A stretch of DNA of 64,000 nucleotides from Eukaryota sp. TZLM1-RC (taxonomy: Eukaryota; Protista; Metamonada: BaSk clade): assembly GCA_040285825.1 (NCBI GenBank), contig JAUPSS010000007.1, positions 2,268,689 to 2,332,688 of the forward strand, written 5' to 3'. This document shows positions 35,543 through 46,439 of this stretch, piece after piece; positions within the stretch are counted from its first letter, which is position 1; each line of letters opens with the position of its first letter. Both the position numbers and the translations under genes were made by a program. The notes under the pieces are model-generated. The model was not told the origin of the DNA, searched no databases, and saw only the letters and a list, made by a program, of their open reading frames with translations.

Positions 35543-37541
35543 TTTTAAAAAAATTTAATTTTATTCTAAACCTATAAATCAACATCTAATAAATCCATCT
35601 CTCCCAAAACAAAAACACTAGATGCAACTCTCTCATAGTGAGATCCAAGAGAAAGCAAAGCATCAGAAACCATCTTCAACATCCCCTTAAAAATAGAAAA
35701 CACAATTCTATTTTGCCAAAACAATCTGTTGAAATTTCTGCCAGTTCTTCTCTTTACAATCATTTCAAAATCATCCAAAAAACGTAAAGCAGTTGGTGCA
35801 AGTGAACCAAAAAGGGAAAATACAAATGGATACAAATTGTATTTTGCATGCTGTAGACTGGCCAATTTGGACAAAGGTTCATTGTATTTTTTGAATTTAA
35901 AATTTTCAGCATTTGAAAGGGGATTATGAATTTCAGAATTAACAAGCCTTTCATTTGAGGCATTACAAGGATCAACAGACATTACATCCAATAAAATGAA
36001 GCTTCCATCTAATCCAGGTAATATGACATCACCTCTATTATTCTTATGAAAATCATTTTCAGCATCAAACAGATTTGACAACAGAGGTTCGAAGAAGGAT
36101 TCAATTCTATGAGATTTACACATACAATATAACTGGTCTCTTACAGCATCATGAACCTTGCTTCTAAAAGTAATAAAATGTTTACAATTTAACAAATGAG
36201 TAGTTGTAATTTCTCGAGAACATTTACAAATAAAATTATGAGGTAAATTATCAGGCCAGATAAAGGAACGAAATCTCATATTCAGAGTCCAAGCAGAATC
36301 GGATAAGAGAGTACCATAAACTTGTGGAATTGTTGTTACTAAGGCAGAAGAAGTACTGTCACGCATATCTTGTAAAAGATTTGCAAAAGCGGGATTCTTT
36401 TTCTTGGCCAAGCCAAGTCTAACATCAAAATCCAAGCTTTCAAAAATCTTTGACAATTTTTGTTGAAGCTTTTTACAGCAAAACTGTAAATTAAAAAGAG
36501 ATCGGTTTGAAATTTCTTGAATTGATTGAGGAAAACATTTGGTCCAAATTTGTGGCGGCAATTTTTCAAGTTCACAAGATAACTCATACAAATAAGGACT
36601 GCAATTGGGAACTAACAGATGAGAATCATCAGGAAATCTACGAGAAAATTCATAAATAAAATTTTTGCCACCACCCAAGAATGCTGATTGACACAAAATT
36701 GAAGATTTAGTAAATCCAATACCACCCAAATTTACTGAAGAACAGAAATGGCTTTTCAACATTCCTGGTTCTACATCCAATAAATCAGCAAAAAATTCTG
36801 TTCTCAATGAATTAAATGAACGACAAAAATCTAATGCTATGGAAGGAGCACAAGATCTCAAAATGTGGGTTATTCTCCCAGTGTAGCAAATTTTAAGCAT
36901 GAAAAATTTAATATGCTTTTCTATATCTAAAGAAGAAATTGAATCAAGTTCAATTTTCATTTTTTCCAAAATAACTTGCAATTCATTCTGAATTTGAGGC
37001 ACGTTTCCTAACCAACAACCAAGGAACTTAAAAGCATCACTTCTATAATTAGTAAAAGGAACAATAGAATCGTTTATCACAAGATCTTGAGCACAGAAGC
37101 CAATCAGAAGGCATTTGCTCGCATTAAGATAAAGCCCAATATTTTCATATGAATTGGCAATTTCTTGAGCAACCAATTCTAGTAAATCAAATGAACCAAT
37201 CAAGGATATATCATCCATATAAGCAACTATTTTTACAGAAGGGTATTTTTGCTTGATGCTATTTAAAGTTTTGTGAATAGCTAAACAAAACAATAACGGG
37301 CCTAAAGGATCACCTTGCTTCACACCAGAAGATGATTTAAGACCAAATGAATTAAAAATTAAATCTGATTCTTTCTTATAAAAATGGTAGAAAAAACTCG
37401 ATAGCTCAGGAAAATCAGATTTAATAACTTCAAAAATTGCTTCTCGCTTTACAGAATTAAAAGCATTTTTAAAGTCGAGATTAAAAATAAAATTATTTTC
37501 CTCTGCATTAAAAAAGGTATCAGAGGCAATAGCAGCAACAG
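35543..37541 (-). mobile_element. young 5'-truncated RLE-1 non-LTR retrotransposon (CRE/SLACS-like) with uninterrupted RT-knuckle-RLE frame and 10-bp TSD
   Basis: Open frame to 35572: LDFKNAFNSVKR, GVKQGDPLGPLLF, AYMDD, FLG, LGGIG, CKC...HLLNC, RSKVHD, RGD...LDV...KFKKY, PFVFSLFG; TSD ttagttattt at 35533-35542 and 37542-37551. Confidence 0.93.
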
Positions 37542-38164
37542 TTAGTTATTTGTTCGGTATATGAGTACCTTTTCTTTTCTAAAGTCATACAAATTGACTA
37601 GATGTACCTTCGTCCTGCAGGTAAGAACCATTCATAATTGACAAATTATCACCCTATATGTACCATGAATAGTGAACAGCCAACTAATTTTATCTAAGAA
37701 CTGATTCATAATTAATGAACTAGTTCAAATAATTAATTAGTGTATTGTCAGGCCAAGACAGTATTTTAGCATTCTAGAATTTTATTTTTGATGTAACAAC
37801 GCATTTTTGTAATTATTCTCAACATCATCTTTAAGTTTATTGTAAAAATCCATTTCTTTAGTGTGTAACATTTATTTGTTTGATCCTACAGATCTGTTAA
37901 AATTATCTTGTTTGAACCTGTAACTGAATAAAGTATGTTGTATTATCATCATGTGCAGCTGCGGCATCGGACAAAAGCCAGTTGCACTACAACATGCACA
38001 GTTATTTAACTCCCTCAATAAATGCACATGGTAAAAACAGCATATTATAAAAATGGAAATAGGCTACTACTGTGCACTGGAACAAACTTTTTATTGTTGA
38101 TGAACATACTAAACAAGATTCACAGTTGTGTTTAATATCAAGGATGAAAACTATGATATAGAGT

Positions 38165-38612
38165 CTATAACTTGGCTTGCTTTTTAAGGATATTGAAATG
38201 CTCGTTGCTCTTTTGGTTGAGAGTCTTCTTGGCAATCATGACCTTGAATCTGTCGAAATCGGTGGCTTGAGCACGGGACACGCGCTTGGCGAGTTTCTTT
38301 CCACGGGATGACTCGTTGAACTTCTTTTCAATTTCAGCGTCTTCAAGGCGTTTTCTCAAAAGGCTAGAACGAATACCTCTTGGGATTTTGACTTTGAAGT
38401 CAGTGAGGGCTACTCTTTTGAGAGAGAATGGTTGGCGAACCATCTGTGAATCAGCAGCTACACCTTCTACGATGACCTATAATGAGATCGGGAAAGTGAC
38501 GTACTCTGTTACCATCAAGGACATCAGTGACAACAGCAAGCTTACCATTGTATTCGCCGAAGTTGACGAGGACAATGCGGCCAATTTCTATGAAACGTGA
38601 ATAGAGAGGCAT
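38165..38612 (-). CDS. RPL14: 60S ribosomal protein L14 (eL14), one 28-nt intron (38477-38504)
   Basis: [36 protein letters not shown]|VIVEG...[11 protein letters not shown]...TDFDRFK; intron gtacgt...ttatag restores the frame. Confidence 0.95.
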
Positions 38613-38688
38613 AGTGGCAACAGAAAAGAGAGTCTACCAAGTTTACTTTGTGAACAGAATCCTCTCTTTTGCCCTTTCATATTCACTA
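38613..38688. promoter_or_regulatory. 76-bp bidirectional promoter region between RPL14 and RPS28
   Basis: Head-to-head ATGs; pyrimidine-rich tracts point outwards on both strands (ctctcttttc on minus, cctctcttttgccc on plus). Confidence 0.6.
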
Positions 38689-38918
38689 ATGGTATAGTGA
38701 ATGACCTTCTATTAAGCTTATCCCAGGAACAACCTAAGTACGCTGAAGTAATTGATATTCTTGGCCGCACTGGTTCTCGTGGTGGTATCACCCAAGTCCG
38801 TGTCCAATTCACCCACGATGCTGATCGTAAGATCATCCGTAACGTCAAGGGACCCGTCAGAATTGGTGATGTTTTGACTCTCCTCGAATCTGAACGTGAA
38901 GCTCGTCGTCTCCGTTAA
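38689..38918 (+). CDS. RPS28: 40S ribosomal protein S28 (eS28), 35-nt intron right after the ATG (38692-38726)
   Basis: M|[28 protein letters not shown]...[28 protein letters not shown]. Confidence 0.97.
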
Positions 38919-39160
38919 CTTCTATCCTGTTTTCATAGTTACATCTTTCCCTTTTTGCATTATTCCACTTAGTTCATTTGGATTCTAATCCATCAACAGC
39001 ATTCGTTGTTTCTAGCAATAAAAGCAATTCGTATACACATTTATTTAATCGCAATAATTTCAAACCAGCATCGAACTTCAATGTACTTTCCATTGATGTT
39101 GTAATAACCAGCAAACTTAATGTTGTGACAATTACATTTCTACAATGGTTCGATCAATAG

Positions 39161-39388
39161 TTATGAAGATTGATCCTTTAAGCCTAACACAAATGATTCA
39201 TATACATCAGAATACAGCTTCCACGTACACTCCCCATACTGTTCAGCCAACGAAAGATTGATGGACTGCTGAAGAGCAATCTCCGACATGATGTTGGGAT
39301 TACTTGTATCAATTTGTTTATACGAAAGTGGTTGTCCAGCAGCCACACGCTCTAATTCCCGTTGCAAAGTATCAGTAAGGAAAGTCAT
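39161..39388 (-). CDS. SPF27/BCAS2-like splicing factor (short or partial)
   Basis: ELERVAAGQPL and NLSLAEQYGECTWKLY resemble BCAS2 motifs; 3' part may be spliced or degenerate. Confidence 0.5.
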   Translation of the reverse strand: MTFLTDTLQRELERVAAGQPLSYKQIDTSNPNIMSEIALQQSINLSLAEQYGECTWKLYSDVYESFVLGLKDQSS

Positions 39389-40419
39389 TTGTGAATTTAT
39401 AGCAGACAAATTTGACAAGCTTATTTTGTTAAGCAACATCTACATCTAAATTGTCAAAAACAATTCAATGTCTAAATATCTTCCAAGAAATGCACCAACA
39501 ATTGTTTACAACTTATAGACTACGAAAGTGCGAACATTGAAAGTATAATACCAGAATGTGTTCTACAGTAGCATTTTTAAAGGAAAAGTTCCTTAGAATA
39601 CTGAAAAAATCTTACATTGTCAATTTCATTATCAACGCAATTGTCGACAGCGATACAAAAAGTCATTAATGTGAAACAATTGGAAGCATAGCGTAATGTA
39701 AATGTGTACAAAGTGGAAAACTTGTACACATATTAAAAGCGATTGTTCTCTTGCTTCGCGACAAAATGACTTGTTTTGTTTTATAAATTTCTTGGTATAT
39801 TGGTTTTTCATTTTATGATCTTGTATGCTGTACAACTCAATTGGAGAAACAGATCTGGTTTATGAATACAATGCCTTCGAGAACTATAAGTTCCACGTTT
39901 TTTAAAACTATTATGGTAATGATCGATCATGGATCTTGAACTTATGAAGTAAATTTGATTCTATTTTGCGAGGAGAACTGATTTTTGAAATTGGTAACCA
40001 TTATTGATTGCTCTACTCCTGAAATTTTTGCACATGTTTGAAGCAAATCAATGACAATAGTTTTGGTATCTATTTGACTAAAAAATTCACAAACAATTTC
40101 TTATCATTGGCTGCTCTCAGTTATTCAATGATGATTGTGAATATAATTAAATCGACTTTCAAGCTATTCTAAATTCTAGTTACTCGACTCAACTTGTTTG
40201 CATATGTTGAAAGTATTTGAACACTTGTTGTTCGCTAAAGAAGGAAGACATGTTGTCTATGGTTTAGATAATCTTCTTGGAAACCCAAATGGTAAAAGTG
40301 TTGGAAAAACAATTACTATACCATGTTTCTAAAAACTTTGGGGTCACAATGGCAAAATTCCGAGAGTTTTTAGAAAAACAGAAATCATAAAGATCTGAAT
40401 ACACTACCCATCTTTCCAG

Positions 40420-42009
40420 ATGTCACTCCCTCTTCAACATGATGATACAATAATAATACCTATGCGCTCTGGTGTCCGTCGTAAATTCATCCTTGGTGTT
40501 TCTACATATGTATTCCTTATCCTTTCCATCATTCTTTGCTTCTCTCTCATTATTATGTACGCCAAAAACAGTCATGACCCTGGTCTCGCAGATTTCCTTG
40601 ATTTTGCTGGATCTGACTATGGATACAATGGCCAAATCTCATCCATTCGAAAGATCTACTTTCCTCAACTCAAGGACCAAACTTACTTAGATTACACTGC
40701 TGCTGGAATACCTACCTCCACGGTCGCATCTCATGCAAGACGTACCTTATCCAACCAGATATTCACCAATCCCCATTCTGGGAGTCAACGGCATGTGATT
40801 GAAGAACAAAGGAAGTTTGTTTCAGACTTTTTCAATGCAAAAGATTATGAATTTGTATTCACTTCAGGAACCACAAATTCTTTAGAATTGATTGCACGTG
40901 ATTTCAGCTTAAAAATGTGCCAATTTTCTAGATTTTTTTATTCGATTGATAATCATTTATCTGTTTTAGGAATGAGAAGTTATTTTAATAACAGTAATTG
41001 GCAGGGTCTTGAATTTAATAGTTTATTGGACAGTGTTTTGAAACGAAATGAGTTTTTGTACAGAAATGAGTTGTTGAATGTTGAAAATATGATTGTCATA
41101 CCGGCTCAATCAAATTTTGATGGAACAGTTTTTGATTATCATGATTTATTTCAACGTATTGAGAAAGATTGCTTAGAAAAAGGAGTTAAAAAATGGACAT
41201 TCGTCCTCGATGCAGCTGCCTACGTTTCTACACATTCTCTAGATCTCAACACCCACAACTACATTGATTACATCCCACTTTCCTTCTACAAGATTATAGG
41301 TTATCCTACTGGTGTGGGGGGATTTTTTGTTAGAAAGACACTTCTTCCCACCTTTGAAAGAGGATACTTTGGCGGAGGCTCTGTTGTCCTCGCCTTACCA
41401 GAAAATGATGTCATTATTGAAAGAGGTAATGACGTCCAAAGAATAGAAACTGGCACCGTTAGTTTTACAGACATACAGTTCCTTACAACAGCATTTGACC
41501 TGATCAACACGTTAGGAATGGATGTTATAGAAAAACATGTTCAATCACTTGTGAAATGGACTGTGGAAAAGATGACTTCTTTGACTCACCAAAATGGACA
41601 ACCATTAATCAAGATATATGGGCCACATTCACCTAAAAGAGGCTCAACAATAGCATTTTCGATATTGGATGACACGGGTCATGTGATTTCTCCTTCTACA
41701 GTATCCAGTAAAGCTGCACTGGCAGGTGTACTCTTCCGCACAGGTTCCATGTGTAACCATGGTGCTTTCATGTCCAATCTTGGAATATCAGAGGAAGAAC
41801 TCTTAAAGTACATTACTGCTGGGTGTGAATGTGTACCAGACTTTTGTAGACACTTTGATGTATCTGCTAATGATTCTGGTGACCCTTGTTTGCCTGATTT
41901 TCTAGATGGTGGTCAACCTAATGCTGTACATAGAATATCATTTGGCTACCCATCTAGTTATCAAGATGTTGTTGCTTTCCTAAAGTTTCTAGAGATTTTT
42001 TCTGGTTGA
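40420..42009 (+). CDS. class V PLP aminotransferase, molybdenum cofactor sulfurase-like (NifS-like domain only) with N-terminal transmembrane anchor
   Basis: YLDYTAAG, NPHS, FTSGTT, DNHLSVLGMR, LDAAAY, SFYKIIGYPTGVG (PLP lysine), RTGSMCN, RISFG; no MOSC domain. Confidence 0.85.
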   Translation: MSLPLQHDDTIIIPMRSGVRRKFILGVSTYVFLILSIILCFSLIIMYAKNSHDPGLADFLDFAGSDYGYNGQISSIRKIYFPQLKDQTYLDYTAAGIPTSTVASHARRTLSNQIFTNPHSGSQRHVIEEQRKFVSDFFNAKDYEFVFTSGTTNSLELIARDFSLKMCQFSRFFYSIDNHLSVLGMRSYFNNSNWQGLEFNSLLDSVLKRNEFLYRNELLNVENMIVIPAQSNFDGTVFDYHDLFQRIEKDCLEKGVKKWTFVLDAAAYVSTHSLDLNTHNYIDYIPLSFYKIIGYPTGVGGFFVRKTLLPTFERGYFGGGSVVLALPENDVIIERGNDVQRIETGTVSFTDIQFLTTAFDLINTLGMDVIEKHVQSLVKWTVEKMTSLTHQNGQPLIKIYGPHSPKRGSTIAFSILDDTGHVISPSTVSSKAALAGVLFRTGSMCNHGAFMSNLGISEEELLKYITAGCECVPDFCRHFDVSANDSGDPCLPDFLDGGQPNAVHRISFGYPSSYQDVVAFLKFLEIFSG

Positions 42010-42139
42010 GACAGTGGATCCAATAGTCTAACCTTGGCTTGAGGAAGAATTTACAAAAAACATTAAAGAGGTCACAAATATTTAGAGTTCTGAAGAATAA
42101 AGAATTTTTATTGGCAAATAATAACTACACAATATTCTG

Positions 42140-42279
42140 TGGTTTTCATTTGAAATGCATACTTTCGTCAAGCATCATTCAAACTTATTCCAAGAACTTT
42201 CATTCTTGGTGAGATCGTCCACAGACGTTCTAGAATCCTCGAATAATTGGCCACCAATCTCAGTGAGCCCATTTCTCCT
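42140..42279 (-). ncRNA. putative Fanzor omegaRNA scaffold (type C)
   Basis: Directly after the locus C stop. Hairpins CCAAGAAT-GAAA-GTTCTTGG, CGTC-TGTG-GACG, GGCTCAC/GTGGCC and AC-GAAA-GT; stems TTATTC/GAATAA and GAAATG/CATTTC. Confidence 0.65.
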
Positions 42280-44133
42280 CTAGAACAATACGTAGCTTTG
42301 AAGCTGGTTTCTTTGTGGTCTCTGGAACGCTTCTGGTCTTGTTCCATAGTAGTGCTCACTAATTGCAATTTCTAGCTGATTTAGTGATGCAGAAATGTCT
42401 CTAGACCATACTTGATTACATTCCGGACAACTGAAATAGGCGTTGTGAACTTTAACTTCACCATCAACTTCTCGATAGATCTTTTGGTGTAGCATCTTAC
42501 AGCAGTTCACCTTTGCAGATGTCGTATATTCATCTCCGATCTTCACATTAGCAAATGAACATTGTAACAACTTGAGAAACGCCTTACGTGGAGTTTTCAC
42601 TTTTTGACGTGATGTACCACCACCTCCATTGCCAAACCACACCTTTACTTCTCGACCGTTTGCAAATTTTTTCACTTTGTTGATAATGGAGCTGAATCTT
42701 TTCTGTTTTCTTATAAAGAAGTCAAATGTGTGTCTCCTCAATGCTTTTCGAGCACTCAGATATAATTGCTGCTTGAGCAATGATCATCTTACGTTATTAC
42801 CTTCATAGTCCTTATAGTCACCGATAGTTGATATTTCAAGCAGATAATGGTTCAATTTCTGCACGTCATAAACATCTATTGATGAGTGGGTCAGTGAAGC
42901 GGAGTGATTGATTTTTCGTTGCTTTGGTGCCAAGAAGATATTGGATACGGTCGGCCCTGAACGTGTTCCAATACTGGAACCACATAGATTTGAGTGGTTG
43001 GGGTCGATGGCCCAGAACACCATTTCCGTTTCGTCATCAGGTGCCTGCCACTCAGTAGCTTTTGGTTTCTGGCGAGGTCTTGGCCGTTCAACCTTGGCTT
43101 GCAAGGTATGTTTTCTATTCCGAGTGGTTTCATAGTAATCAAGTTCCCCTTTGGATCTCTTATCAGCCAAGGCTTCTCCGGACAATCTCACTCGTGTTGC
43201 TTTGGGGTGCGGTTTGAAAGTTATACGGACACTATCACCATTAGAAGACATGGTGTAGTCATTAGCTTTTGTTTTAAACAATAAATAAGGGTTTTTCAAA
43301 ATTGTTTGTGATGTGTTTTTGGAGATAAAATGGTTGAGAACCCATGTGGAAAAGGGGACAAAAGCAGGCTTCAAACTAGCGATGGGAGTGAGTCTATGTC
43401 GTCTAAAGTTATATGGAAAGGCTTGCTCCAGGTCGTTTTGGATTGTTAAGCCGCAACGAAAGATGTAGGTACTGTTCTCTTGATTAAGAGTCACTCTTCG
43501 AGAAGAAAGAAGAGTGTTGTACCTTTGAGGATCACCAACCAAAAAGTTAAACAGAGTAAGAGCCATGGTATGGTGAGTGTTGAACCAAAAAAGAAGAGGT
43601 TCACGAAAGTTCGTGCTATTGTGAAGAACAGAACCAGCATAAGTGGCTGGTGCAGGGCAGTTATAACCTACCGCATACGAGCGGAAGAAGTTAAGCTTCC
43701 ACGACACAAGTCCATCAGCAAGAAGCTGCTGGTAGTTGCCTTGCAGCTGGCGGCACTTTGCATCCACTAGTTGTTGTAGAGGCCTACTAGTGGGTAGTGC
43801 ATGATTACGACCTGTTCGTGACAAGAACAAGACAGCAAACGGCCATGATGTAGAGATTCGCTCGAGCTTCTCATACACATGGCCTTTGCCAGGTCTGTTA
43901 AATGGATGTCTGACTTCTGGCTTAGAGACCGCCACAAAGTCAAGACACTGGATCCAGAATTGATGCTGAGTCAGGAAATGACTGTCTTCAGGGAAGCGCA
44001 CAGCAAAAACTCTGGCCAGCAAACTGCCGAGGTGAGCCATGGTGGTAACCTTGGTCAGCTGTCCATCAATGTAATCACACACTGGCCGCTCAAAGAACTG
44101 ATGAAGGGAGCAGGCACGTGCCCATGACTGCAT
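42280..44133 (-). CDS. Fanzor RNA-guided RuvC endonuclease (locus C), 617 codons, single in-frame TGA at codon 450
   Basis: RuvC-I VFWAIDPN, bridge-helix region LRRHTFDFFIRKQKRF, VWFGNGGG...GDEYTTSAKVNCC (Fanzor-type shifted Glu), CPEC...WSRDISASLN, RPEAFQR. The two ORFs are in the same frame across TGA 42784-42786. Confidence 0.9.
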
Positions 44134-45248
44134 AGTCCTTACTGAAAACGGAAGGTGCAGACAATCAAAAATGATTGATTTCTCAGTTTCAGTTACTTTT
44201 AAAATTTGGTTTATTTTCAACTCCTTACATCCACAAAACAATGAAACATGCACAAACTGATAAATAGATACATTTATAATAGATACTGGACATGCTTTAA
44301 GCATTTTCTTTCCTAAAAATAGTAAACTGATGCGAAATTTGACGAAATTGTTGTTAGTCAAAGCAGTTGTTCGTTTAATCAACGGTGTTTGTAGATTCAA
44401 TAAATTCGTAAAGTTTCACAATGTAATTCCTTTATTCAGAACACACATGTTACCAAGGGAAGTCACAACACCCGTTTCTTCCTTACCATTTCTTTCCCTC
44501 TTTGACGAAGAACCTTTTGCTCTTCGTTCAACTATATCTGAGTTTGCCATGGATCTTTGTGGAACTGTTGGCTTTTCTATTATAGCGATTATAGGTTTCG
44601 TTTAGTGCGCTCACACATTGACTATAAAACATTGAATCCCATAAAATAGACTAACAAAAGACAGTCTGTAGAGACACTACTGGCTATTCTTGAGTCTAAA
44701 CTCGAGTCTATTGCAGATCGTCCATCCCAAGCTGTGCCAACAACTTCTGCTGTGTCACCCCTTTCAGCTGCACTTCTTGTCTTGAAACTAGACATCTGAA
44801 TACTTATTATTACCTTGTCTCTCTACTTCGCCCTCTTCACCCTCTTTCTACTCATCTTTCTTCCATAGAAGATGTTCCTCCTGTCTTCACTTGTATTACC
44901 ATCACTTATCAATATACACCCTTACACCTCTGGTATCGTTTGTTCACTCTCTACGAATCAACTCACTCCAATCTTAATCTACTCCACTCTAACCTACTGC
45001 TGATATACATGAACTTCTAAAGTCTAATGAGCAGAAGATTATTGAACTTAATGAACTCCAATTGAAACTGCATTGAAGACACTTGTAATGTTAGTTACAT
45101 GGCTTCCTTGCAGAGATTGATTTTGACTAATTTCATATTAATGTAGTGTGATACGATAATAAGTCTGAAGACGTCCACGCTGCTATGAGTGAAACCTATC
45201 CCCTTGATTTCAGGTTCGGACTCTTGAGAAAGAAGATTTTCTGGTTAA

Positions 45249-45302
45249 TAACCTATTTCTACCTATAAATAACCTAAAGTAACCTATAAATAACCTATAA
45301 CT
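45249..45302. repeat. short tandem repeat (about 10-11 bp, AACCTATAAAT-like)
   Basis: taacctatttctacctataaataacctaaagtaacctataaataacctataact. Confidence 0.6.
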
Positions 45303-45605
45303 AATAGTTCCAAAATAAAATATTATCGATTCATGTTTTATTATAGTGTTCGTTCAAGTGTTGGTAAAAAGAATAGTGTTGGTGAAAGAAGTGGTGTGGT
45401 GAAAGAGGACTTTATAATTAAGGTGAAGATTGAGGAAGATTTACCTGTTCAATGAATAGAATCTGATACTCCTCTTTTAAAATTAACACAGTAATGTTAT
45501 TAATTCTAGGATCTGACATATATGTCATATATGGTGTAGAAGTTTAGCTAAACTTCAATTCTTATCACATAAAGAAAGTATGTGTTGCTTCAAGTAGAGC
45601 AAAAA

Positions 45606-46004
45606 CTAAGCAGCCCTCAGTACAAAATGCCTTCCTCTATATTTGACATCAACAACAATTGTGCTTCTTCCAGCAGTACCATAAAGTGGTATACCTCTAT
45701 CAGCCAATCGTTGAAGCACAACCGAAGAGAGGATGTCCATAACCATTGGTTGCAGAGGCCGAGTCAATTGTATTTTAGTGTTTACAGCATGAAAGATGTA
45801 AAACTTCCTAAAAGTTTTACATCTTCCATGGTGAACAACTTTCAGCAATTGGGCACTGAGGTTGTTTAACTTAATAGAATTCATTGCTCTTTCGGTTGAT
45901 TCTTCAGCATCACCTGTAAACACAGCCTTGAAATCACCGTATACAGCCCGTAGATAGACACATTTAGCATGAAGATCAGAGCCAATAAATATGGGATTCA
46001 ACAC
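45606..46004 (-). pseudogene. ComEC/Rec2-type metallo-beta-lactamase-fold fragment
   Basis: YGDFKAVFTGDAE...LSAQLLKVVHHG, then GYGHP in another frame, and VLQRLADRGIPLYGT; frameshifted. Confidence 0.7.
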
Positions 46005-46439
46005 TTCTAGGGCAACTGATCAACTTCAATAGCTTAATGGGATTACTCTTCTCTTGCTTTATGATGAGATTGGAGACGAGAGAGGGTGCGTTCGCAAGCA
46101 GTATAGTTTTGATGAGAGCGATCCAACTGGGAAAGCAATAGAGCATTCTCATCACCAATAGTTTGTGTAGAAAAACAGAACACAACAGAAATCAGAGCAA
46201 CAATGTTTGGTTGTAATTGTGTCAATTATTGGCACAATAAATTGAAGATGGTGGCATATATGGTTGAGAAATATGGGGTAAGTAGCAGCAAAAAAGAAGT
46301 GACGAAATGAAATTCAAATGTAAATCTGAGGAATGGTAACCACACAACCAAACTCATCTCACCAATTTTTGTATCATGTAATTCTTTTTTGAAGAAAGGA
46401 AAACATTCAACATGTAAACTGAAGTGATATGTACCATCA

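Noticed and set aside
37950-38000. GC-rich stem (GTGCAGCTG/CAGTTGCAC) as a possible small RNA or SECIS
   Set aside because: No box C/D, H/ACA, tRNA or SECIS core motifs recognisable; single occurrence.
42784-42786. Alternative genetic code (TGA=Trp, or TAA/TAG read-through) to explain in-frame stops in Fanzors and retroelements
   Set aside because: Conserved host genes end at the expected place with TAG (RPL14, acyl-CoA synthetase), TAA (RPS28) and TGA (MOCOS-like), and use TGG for Trp; in-frame stops are confined to mobile or decayed sequences.
42769-42792. A 24-nt GTAAGA...CAG intron that would remove the Fanzor C stop in frame
   Set aside because: Shorter than all other introns here (28-35 nt), and it would delete the W.L helix conserved in B1 and E. 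A TGG to TGA mutation is simpler; RNA-seq would settle it.
44134-44400. N-terminal 89-aa extension of Fanzor C in the ORF track
   Set aside because: Starts at a non-ATG codon in AT-rich sequence; homology with B1 and D begins at the ATG at 44133.
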